Notes under the pieces: model-generated | The model's input: the letters and a program-made list of their open reading frames with translations, nothing else | Told to the model about the DNA's origin: nothing | Databases searched by the model: none | Shown: in pieces, positions 24,205-31,572 of the stretch | How the letters are laid out: each line of letters opens with the position of its first letter | Numbering within the stretch: the first letter of the stretch is position 1 | Position numbers and translations under genes: made by a program | Assembly (NCBI GenBank): GCA_049523135.1 | Contig: JBEKNE010000001.1 | Location: 542,809-606,808, forward strand | From: Candidatus Microgenomates bacterium | Lineage (GTDB): Bacteria; Patescibacteriota; Microgenomatia; UBA8517 | Length of the DNA stretch: 64,000 bases | Direction: 5' to 3'

Positions 24205-24462
24205 TTACTTTGCAGTTTTTACCGTCTTAACTACTGGTTTGGCGGTAGGGGATGGTGAAACTTTTATCTGCACTTGATTTTGTCCCATTGATTGACTTCC
24301 TGTTCCTTTGGTCATCGAAAGGGCCGCTAGAGCAAAAATAAGTAGGGCAAGAATTATAAGTAAAATGCTCAACTTATTATCAACTTTTGTAGTTGCAATT
24401 TTTCTAACTCTGCTGACTTTTGCGGATTTTTTTACTTTTCTAATTACTTTTCTTTTTGCCAT
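24205..24462 (-). CDS. Hypothetical small basic membrane-anchored protein
   Basis: Lys-rich N-terminus, one TM (LSILLIILALLIFALAALS), Pro/Lys-rich tail. Confidence 0.35.
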   Translation of the reverse strand: MAKRKVIRKVKKSAKVSRVRKIATTKVDNKLSILLIILALLIFALAALSMTKGTGSQSMGQNQVQIKVSPSPTAKPVVKTVKTAK

Positions 24463-24517
24463 TTATAATCACCTCGGTTTCTTACATATCCAGTATTGTG
24501 TTAAACGAAACTTTATG

Positions 24518-25135
24518 TCAAGAGGAATCGGGGAGTCTGAAAAGATAAGAAGTGGCCTTGCCCGCATTTCCTCTGCGGTGGGAAAATAAAGTTTTATCCT
24601 CAAAAGTGCAATTTTCGTCAATCTGAATATTACTTTCACTAACTCCAAATTTAGTTAATTGTTCTCCGGCAATTTCTCCCAAATCAAGATAGATCTTTTC
24701 CTTTACCTTTTTAATTGCTTTTGGGTAATTTTTAAATTTGTTGTAAACATCGCTTTTAATTTCGTAGTGTTTTTGACAAATATGCGGACCAATAAAAACA
24801 AAGATGTCTTCTGGATTTGCACCAAATTTTTTATTCATCAAGTTGATAGCGTTTTTGATTATTCCTTTATATAAACCCCGCCAACCGGCATGCACCAAAC
24901 CAATACTATTAGTAGAAGGGTTATAGAAAAAAATCGGCAAACAGTCGGCAACTGAGATTTTTAAAATAACTTCCGGTGAGTTAGTGATAAGTCCGTCACA
25001 ATTTTTAATTATCCGTCCCGCATCTTTTTTACCAACGCAAACCACTTTTACTTCGTGCACCTGTTGCATTCCAATTACATTTAACGTGGCCATTGACAAA
25101 TTATATACATTTTCTAAAATATGCGTAGGACTCAA
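24518..25135 (-). CDS. YfiH/PgeF-family laccase-domain protein (peptidoglycan editing factor / purine nucleoside phosphorylase-like)
   Basis: GLVHAGWRGL is the family signature; the start is probably at the internal MATLNV. Confidence 0.75.
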   Translation of the reverse strand: MSPTHILENVYNLSMATLNVIGMQQVHEVKVVCVGKKDAGRIIKNCDGLITNSPEVILKISVADCLPIFFYNPSTNSIGLVHAGWRGLYKGIIKNAINLMNKKFGANPEDIFVFIGPHICQKHYEIKSDVYNKFKNYPKAIKKVKEKIYLDLGEIAGEQLTKFGVSESNIQIDENCTFEDKTLFSHRRGNAGKATSYLFRLPDSS

Positions 25136-27268
25136 GAAAAGAGTCCTTTATATTTACAGAAAATGTTCGCGACAAGCTCATTTTTAACAATAATCTTAAG
25201 CACAGCAATTGCCGCAATTATGGTTGCTTTGGGTTTAGCAAAATACGCTCTCGGTAAAGAAAAGGGAAGTCCCGAAATGGAAGAAGTTAGTAAGGCAGTC
25301 CAGGAAGGTGCCAATGCATACCTCAAAAGACAGTTCAAAACAATAGCTCCAATAATTGTAATTCTGGCGATATTCATTTATATAAGCGCCCCTGCCGGTT
25401 CTCCCGCCTTGGGCAGAACCTTGGCATTTCTTATGGGGGCAGTCTTCTCGGCAACCATTGGCACGATAGGGATGAATATTGCAACAAGGTCAAATGTTAA
25501 AGTTGCCCAAGCTGCTACCAAAAGCTTCGGAGATGCCCTATCCCTTGCCCTTAAGGCCGGAGCGACAACCGGAATGCTAACTGTAGGTCTGGGACTTCTG
25601 GGAGCTACTTTAATCTATTGGCACTATGGAGGAATGGCAACGGAGGTTCTGATTGGATTCGGTTTCGGGGGAAGCTTACTGGCTCTTTTCATGAGGGTAG
25701 GCGGAGGAATTTACACCAAAGCGGCTGACGTCGGGGCAGACTTGGTGGGAAAAGTTGAAAAAGACATTCCCGAGGACGATCCCAGAAACGCGGCGGTAAT
25801 TGCCGATCAGGTTGGAGATAACGTCGGGGATTGTGCCGGAATGGCCGCGGATATTTTCGAGTCATATGAAGTAACTCTTGTTGCTGCCATGATTTTGGGT
25901 ACGGCAACTTTCGGAATTGCTGGGGTTCTTTTCCCTCTGGCCGTCAGGGCACTGGGTATCGGAACCTCAATGTTGGGAATTTTTAGCATCAGTCCCAAAA
26001 ACAAAAACTCAATTAAGGATGGCATGAATGCAATTCTCAAGGGGTTTGGTGTGGCAAGTGTTGTTTCCATTGCCGGGTTTATTGCCCTTTCCTACCTCTT
26101 CACCCATGACTGGAGACTGGCAGCTGCTTCCACCTTGGGTATTATTCTTGCGGTTGCCATATTCCTTCTTACCGACTACGCCACGGGTGATCATAAACCG
26201 GTTAAAGAAATCGTCAGACAGGCTCAAACCGGTCCGGCTACTGTAATTTTGTCAGGACTTACAAACGGATTTTCCTCGACAGTCTGGGCAATTCTGGCCA
26301 TCGGAGTTACAATTCTTGTTTCCTTCCTTCTTTTCAGTAATCCTTTAATGGCGGCTTACGGAGTGGCACTGGCCGGAATGGGGATGCTGACAACTACCGG
26401 ACTTATTGTTTCCATGGATTCATACGGACCAATTTCGGATAACGCCCAGGGAATTTCGGAGCTTGCCGCAATGAAGGGCAAAGCGCTGGGCATTCTTAAC
26501 AAACTCGACTCAATAGGAAATACCACAAAAGCCACAACTAAAGGTTTTGCGATTGCTTCAGCCGTAATCGCTGCAGTTTCGCTTTTTGAATCGTACCTCG
26601 ACAGTTCTCACTTAAGCGGAATAAATATTGCCCATCCGCTGGTTTTCGTAGGATTCCTAATAGGGGGTGCTCTGCCGTTCCTCTTCTCCAGTCTGACAAT
26701 TAAGGCCGTTTCCGATTCCTGTTTCGCGATAATCAAGGAAGTAAGGCGACAATTTAAGGAAATGCCGGGTATCATGAAGAGAACCCAAAAACCCGATTAT
26801 GCAAGAGTAGTGGATATGACCACCAAAGCGGCACTTTCGGCTCTCGCGGCCCCGGCTCTTATTGCAATTGTCGTCCCGATCTTGGTTGGGGTTATGCTCC
26901 ATGCGGAAGCCCTCGGAGGATATCTTGCCGGAGCGATTCTAACAGGTCAGCTCCTGGCCGTATTTATGAGCAACGCGGGCGGAGCCTGGGACAATGCCAA
27001 AAAGATGGTTGAGGCAAGGGAAGTTAACGGAAAAGGAAGCGATGAACATAAAGCCACGGTTGTGGGTGATACGGTCGGGGATCCTCTAAAAGATACTGCC
27101 GGTCCCGCTTTAAATCCTTTGATCAAGGTCATGAATTTGGTAGCGCTTTTGGCCGCACCGGTTATAATTTCCATTAAAGGGTTTGGTTTACTTTACTGGG
27201 CAATTGTCATAGTAGGCTTCGGAATTGTGATTTACTCCCTAGTCAGATCTCAAAAAGCAGTAGCTTAA
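25121..27268 (+). CDS. hppA: Membrane-bound H+(or Na+)-translocating pyrophosphatase
   Basis: [20 protein letters not shown] and [21 protein letters not shown] are H+-PPase signatures; about 16 TM segments; 715 aa. Confidence 0.9.
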   Translation: [715 protein letters not shown]

Positions 27269-27460
27269 GACACTGTCAAACTCCTGGCTTTCGCCAAAGA
27301 ACAAAAATTTATATTCAAGCTATATAATCGTGGCACAGAAAATACCGAAGAACTATAAATCAATATAAATACTGAAATTTAATCCCAATAATTATCATTA
27401 AGTCTTCAATATTAATAAAACGGTATCTTTTTATTCCAAAAAATAGGCTTTTTATACTTC

Positions 27461-27489
27461 TTGACAAAGCATCTCATAATCGGTATTTT
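27461..27489 (+). promoter_or_regulatory. Sigma70-like promoter (TTGACA-17-TATTTT) in an AT-rich 380-nt intergenic region
   Basis: TTGACA at 27461-27466, a 17-nt spacer, TATTTT at 27484-27489. Confidence 0.4.
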
Positions 27490-27574
27490 AAATCTATTAG
27501 TTAATCGCTCTCTGCCCTTGGTGTTCAGTTTCTAATGCAAACTAAAACATTACCATTTAGTTTAATTAAATTAC

Positions 27575-27608
27575 AAAGGACATTTCTTTTTTGAAGTGTC
27601 CTTTTTTT
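27575..27608 (+). terminator. Rho-independent terminator / attenuator hairpin upstream of the repeat-protein gene
   Basis: 9-bp stem (GGACATTTC at 27578-27586 with GAAGTGTCC at 27593-27601), a 6-nt loop and a 7-T tail at 27602-27608. Confidence 0.55.
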
Positions 27609-27653
27609 GTTTCATTAAACAAAAGCATAAATAGAAAGGGGGTGAATATATAA

Positions 27654-28085
27654 ATGAAAAAAGTTTTAAGTGTCGTCGCAGCAGGAGCTTTGCTCTTTAG
27701 TGTAGCGGGTGTAGTTTTTGCAGCTCGCAGCATAACAACCCAAAATAACATGGGTACATTAACCGTTGTTGGTTCAGTTGCTGTTAGCAATTCCGGACTC
27801 AACTTTCAGAAAGATAATGGTTTCAAGGTTATGTCAACCGGAAATACAGCCGCTGTAAGCGGAGTACAATCTGTTGCTAATCAAAACGGTAAAGGACTTG
27901 GGGTTGGTACAACCACCCAAACCAATACTAAAACAGGGACTCTTGTCTTATCTGTGGCAGCAAGCAATTCCGGATTAAATGGTCAATCCGGAACTGGCTC
28001 CGTCATGCATACAGGTGATGCAGGAAGTAGTTCCACTGTTTATTCATGGGCAAACATAAATCTTAGCGGAGTAACACTCGAATAA
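27654..28085 (+). CDS. Small secreted repeat protein (candidate major subunit of a surface structure)
   Basis: Strong SD AAAGGGGGTG; signal peptide MKKVLSVVAAGALLFSVAGVVFA; two copies of a roughly 45-aa N/S/G/T-rich repeat (..VAxSNSGLNxQ...G..VM.TG[DN]xA..S...) shared with the next gene. Confidence 0.7.
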   Translation: MKKVLSVVAAGALLFSVAGVVFAARSITTQNNMGTLTVVGSVAVSNSGLNFQKDNGFKVMSTGNTAAVSGVQSVANQNGKGLGVGTTTQTNTKTGTLVLSVAASNSGLNGQSGTGSVMHTGDAGSSSTVYSWANINLSGVTLE

Positions 28086-28100
28086 GATTTATTCCATCTG

Positions 28101-28130
28101 GGGGCGGTCGCCTTCGGGCGACCCGCCACC
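28101..28130 (+). terminator. GC-rich stem-loop with a UUCG tetraloop between the small and large repeat-protein genes (partial terminator / stabiliser)
   Basis: GGCGGUCGCC-UUCG-GGCGAC(C)CGCC, a 10-bp GC stem with one bulge and a weak U-tract; conspicuous in an AT-rich genome. Confidence 0.45.
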
Positions 28131-28169
28131 ATTTGGTAGTTAATCATTCTGCCTTTAGAAAGAAATATT

Positions 28170-30263
28170 TTGAAAAAGTTTTTAAAAATTTTGGTCTTAA
28201 CTCTTGCCCTCTGGCAGGCTTTATTTGGTCCTGTTTCTCTTTCTTTGGTTTACGCCCAGGATGATACTTCCAGTTCAACTCCAACCGATACACCAACATC
28301 AACCCCGACCTCTACTCCCGACCAAACTATGGTTACCGGAGACGCTTCAGCCTCGGCAGATTCACAGACAGATTCGAATATTTCCGATATTTCTACTACA
28401 CCCACACCAAGTCCGACCGATGAACCAACACCGATAGATACTTCTACTCCTGATGCTACAGAATCGGCGACATCCGTCATTGATGCCACAGGTTCGGCAA
28501 CTTTAGACCCGGAAGCGACTTCATCAACCACCCCAACTCTAACACCATCCGATATCTCCGTTGATCAATCCAGAGCAGTTACAACAAACACGGCCTCAAT
28601 TGCCAATTCCGGTAATAATACCCAACAAAATGAAAACGCTTCCGGAAGCGCAACCATGACAACAGGGGATGCTGGAAGTTCCAGTAGTTCCATAACAGTC
28701 ACAAACCTTTCCACTATCGACTCCAACCTGGTAACAACTGTCCAAAATATTTTAACTTCAAATAACAATGATGTTGATCTTTACCAATTACTGGAATCTG
28801 CCGTTGCCCAAAATCCCAATCTTATTCCGGCAAATACCAATATAACCGTTACCCAAAACGCAAATGTTAGCACCAATACCGTTGCGGAAAGCAACACGGG
28901 AGAAAATAGTCAGAGCTCGGACTCAGCTGGTATGCAAACGGGTGACGCCACATCGGTTGCCTCAGCAATTAATGCAACCAATCTTAATCTTGTTGGTTCA
29001 AATGCGGTTTTATTTATTATCAACATCTTGGGAGATTATTCAGGAAATATTATTTTACCGGACGGCAAAACTGTTTCTTTAGTCTCTCTGGGACTAGGGA
29101 ATGTTAATGTTAATTCCAACCAAAGCGCGGATGTTAATGCAAATACCGAGGCAGGCGCAAACTCAGGAAACAATAATCAAACCGGCGGCAGCACAGAAAT
29201 GACAACAGGTACCGCGGTAAGTACTTCCAACTCAAATTCTTTTGTCAATCTTGTTCAAATCGGCGGAGGTTGGGGATATGTTGTAATAAATAACTCGGGA
29301 AGCTGGACCGGAAACCTAATCGGTTGGACCGCTCCGGGATCTACCCAAACTTTGCCCCAGGGAACTACAAATTTAGCAGAGAGTTCACAATCAAATACAA
29401 ACGGAGAAACAGGAACAACAAATATTACTTCTAATCAAACTGCAAATGTTTCCACCAACGTTTCGGCGGATGCCAATACCGGTAGTAATAATCAAACCGG
29501 CGAGAGTCTTAATTTAACTACCGGTAATGCTTTTTCTCTTGCAAATAATTTTACCCTGGCAAATATTACAGGTGTCGGCGCAAACCTTTTCTTTGGAATA
29601 ATAAATATATTTGGAAATTGGACGGGAAACCTAACCAAAGGCCCCTATACCCCACCTGCAAGTGATCCTCCGGCAGATTCCGCTCAAACTGATAATTCTT
29701 CACCCGATACACGTACACCCGATTTACAAATTACAACAACAAACAATGTGGGGAAGTTTGTTTATCCCGGTGATACTGTTCTTGCAAATATTACTGTAGT
29801 AAATCAAAGCGCGTTTACAGCACATAATGTTGAAGTAAAAGGTCAGCTAACTAACGACCACCCTATGCCGGCAATTCCAATGGATTGGAAAGTGGGAGAT
29901 CTCAGACCGGGTGGAAAAGCCAAAATCAATTTTTCTATTACCCTTACCTCCAATTTACCAGCGGGTCAGTATAATATTTCAGCAACAGCAATAGGAGACA
30001 GCGAAAGCGGAGACGCAGTCTCAGTGGATTCAAACAGTTCTTTCTGGGTCAGAGTCAAAGGCGCAATTGCAGAGATCACCAGTCCGTCCGTTCTTGCTGA
30101 ATCTCCGATAAATGAAGATGAAAATGTCCTGGGAATTGAAACTTCGAAACCAACTCTTGACATTAATAAATACTTGCCCTATATTCTGGCTAGTCTTGCC
30201 GCTGCCTATTTGCTGATACTTTTTGCCAGAAGAAAGTTGGAAGAAAATGAAAAGAATAAATAA
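28170..30263 (+). CDS. Large membrane-anchored surface repeat protein (Thr/Pro-rich stalk, four N/Q/S/T repeats, DUF11/CARDB-like domain, C-terminal TM plus basic tail)
   Basis: Signal peptide; mucin-like TPTSTP region; four imperfect repeats of about 50 aa (AxxN[ST]GxNxQ...M[TQ]TG[DN]A.S...N...G.N..F.I.NI); NVEVKGQLTND..AGQYNISATAIGDSESGDA (DUF11-like); C-terminus KYLPYILASLAAAYLLILFARRKLEENEKNK. Confidence 0.7.
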   Translation: MKKFLKILVLTLALWQALFGPVSLSLVYAQDDTSSSTPTDTPTSTPTSTPDQTMVTGDASASADSQTDSNISDISTTPTPSPTDEPTPIDTSTPDATESATSVIDATGSATLDPEATSSTTPTLTPSDISVDQSRAVTTNTASIANSGNNTQQNENASGSATMTTGDAGSSSSSITVTNLSTIDSNLVTTVQNILTSNNNDVDLYQLLESAVAQNPNLIPANTNITVTQNANVSTNTVAESNTGENSQSSDSAGMQTGDATSVASAINATNLNLVGSNAVLFIINILGDYSGNIILPDGKTVSLVSLGLGNVNVNSNQSADVNANTEAGANSGNNNQTGGSTEMTTGTAVSTSNSNSFVNLVQIGGGWGYVVINNSGSWTGNLIGWTAPGSTQTLPQGTTNLAESSQSNTNGETGTTNITSNQTANVSTNVSADANTGSNNQTGESLNLTTGNAFSLANNFTLANITGVGANLFFGIINIFGNWTGNLTKGPYTPPASDPPADSAQTDNSSPDTRTPDLQITTTNNVGKFVYPGDTVLANITVVNQSAFTAHNVEVKGQLTNDHPMPAIPMDWKVGDLRPGGKAKINFSITLTSNLPAGQYNISATAIGDSESGDAVSVDSNSSFWVRVKGAIAEITSPSVLAESPINEDENVLGIETSKPTLDINKYLPYILASLAAAYLLILFARRKLEENEKNK

Positions 30264-30918
30264 AGCAGCTATCGTTTTTACACTTCTTTTTATTGCTTCA
30301 TTGGGTTTAGTTGGAAAAGTAAACGCAAGTATAATAAATACTTTAAACATAACTATTCAAAACCCGCCAACCCCTCCGACTCCTCCTAAAAAACCCGAAC
30401 CTCCGCTCCCTCCAAATTTACCTACTCCTACACCTAAAGCAACTTCAACGCCGGTTCCGACGTCAAATACGACATCGACTTCAACATCAGGCGGCGGAGG
30501 AAGTGCCCCAAGTTGTAATGCAGCAAAACCCGGAACTCCCGTTATTTATAGTGAGATAAGAAAAGGGACGAGCGAAATTTTAACCTGGTCAAGTGTACCC
30601 AACGCAACATACTATTCAATTATTTACGGAGAAATAAACGGTCAATATCCATATGGTGTACCAAACACGGGAAATGTGACCTCATACACGATTAACGATT
30701 TGAAACTTGGTACAGCCTATCACTTTAAAGTTAATGCCGTTAATGATTGTATGCCGGGAGATTCCGGAGTACTAGGCAGCGGACAAGTTTTAGGTGCTTC
30801 CACAATGGCAGGGACAGGTACCTTTGAACAAAACATCTTCTTAGCTATAATGGGATTTGGTGGTATCATTTCACTTTTCGGTATCAAAAACTTCAAGAAA
30901 GCTTTTAGTAAAGCTTAA
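30223..30918 (+). CDS. Fibronectin type III domain surface protein with Pro-rich linker and C-terminal TM anchor (start likely at MKRINK, 30247)
   Basis: Signal/TM, PPTPPTPPKKPEPPLPPNLPTPTPK, an FN3-like segment (PGTPVIYSEI..TWSSVPNATYYSIIYGE..YHFKVNAVN), C-terminal hydrophobic stretch plus KNFKKAFSKA. Confidence 0.6.
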   Translation: MPEESWKKMKRINKAAIVFTLLFIASLGLVGKVNASIINTLNITIQNPPTPPTPPKKPEPPLPPNLPTPTPKATSTPVPTSNTTSTSTSGGGGSAPSCNAAKPGTPVIYSEIRKGTSEILTWSSVPNATYYSIIYGEINGQYPYGVPNTGNVTSYTINDLKLGTAYHFKVNAVNDCMPGDSGVLGSGQVLGASTMAGTGTFEQNIFLAIMGFGGIISLFGIKNFKKAFSKA

Positions 30919-31486
30919 AAAGCTTATCCCCAAAAAGCCAAGGTCAAAGAAAAAAAGAATACTTCTTAGAAATTCCTTAATTTTTATTTCTCTGGGTTTA
31001 ATTGTGACGATCTTCGGCGGGGTAAACTACTATAGGGTCAGGACGCTTTCTTTCAACTCGGTTCCTCCCGAAGTAAAAACTGCAACAAAAAACATTGATA
31101 TACCCGTTGAGATTATGATTCCTTCCATAAAAATTGATTTGCCGGTAGACCCGGGTGAAATCGATAACGGTGTTTGGAAAGTTTCAGCCGCCAACGCTAC
31201 TTTTCTTTCAACTTCCGCAGCTCCGGGGAACAGAGGCAACACGGTTATTTACGGACATAATCTGAAAGCAATTTTTGGTAATCTTCCGTACTTAAGCGTC
31301 GGACAAAAAATAATTATTAAAACAAAAAGCGGAAAAATTTATAATTATGTTGCCTCACAAAAATATTTTGTCGGTCCCGACAGGACCGATTTGGTTTCAC
31401 CAACAATTAAAGAAGAGCTGACAATCTACACCTGTTGGGGAGTTTTTGACAGTCAAAGGGCTGTTATTAAAGCCAGCCCAATTTAA
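30857..31486 (+). CDS. Sortase-family transpeptidase (start uncertain, probably non-ATG downstream of 30857)
   Basis: N-terminal TM; NRGNTVIYGHN (catalytic His), LTIYTCWG (TLxTC Cys) and SQRAVIKA (Arg) align with the SrtA H120/C184/R197 regions. Confidence 0.7.
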   Translation: MVVSFHFSVSKTSRKLLVKLKKLIPKKPRSKKKRILLRNSLIFISLGLIVTIFGGVNYYRVRTLSFNSVPPEVKTATKNIDIPVEIMIPSIKIDLPVDPGEIDNGVWKVSAANATFLSTSAAPGNRGNTVIYGHNLKAIFGNLPYLSVGQKIIIKTKSGKIYNYVASQKYFVGPDRTDLVSPTIKEELTIYTCWGVFDSQRAVIKASPI

Positions 31487-31572
31487 CTCGGTTTTTCCAT
31501 CTTCCCATTGCTTCTAATGGGCATAAAGACTAAAATGTATTGAGGCTGAATTAGCCTCAAATATTTTTTGAA

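Noticed and set aside
30223-30263. 41-nt overlap of the FN3 gene with the end of the 697-aa gene as a programmed frameshift or fusion
   Set aside because: An in-frame ATG (MKRINK) at 30247 with purine-rich upstream sequence gives a normal start; overlap reduces to 17 nt, typical of operon coupling.
28170-30918. Canonical LPxTG sorting signal in the surface proteins next to the sortase
   Set aside because: Searched the C-termini: no LPxTG/LAxTG. Only KYLPYILAS and MAGTG are present, so classical sortase-substrate status cannot be claimed from sequence alone.
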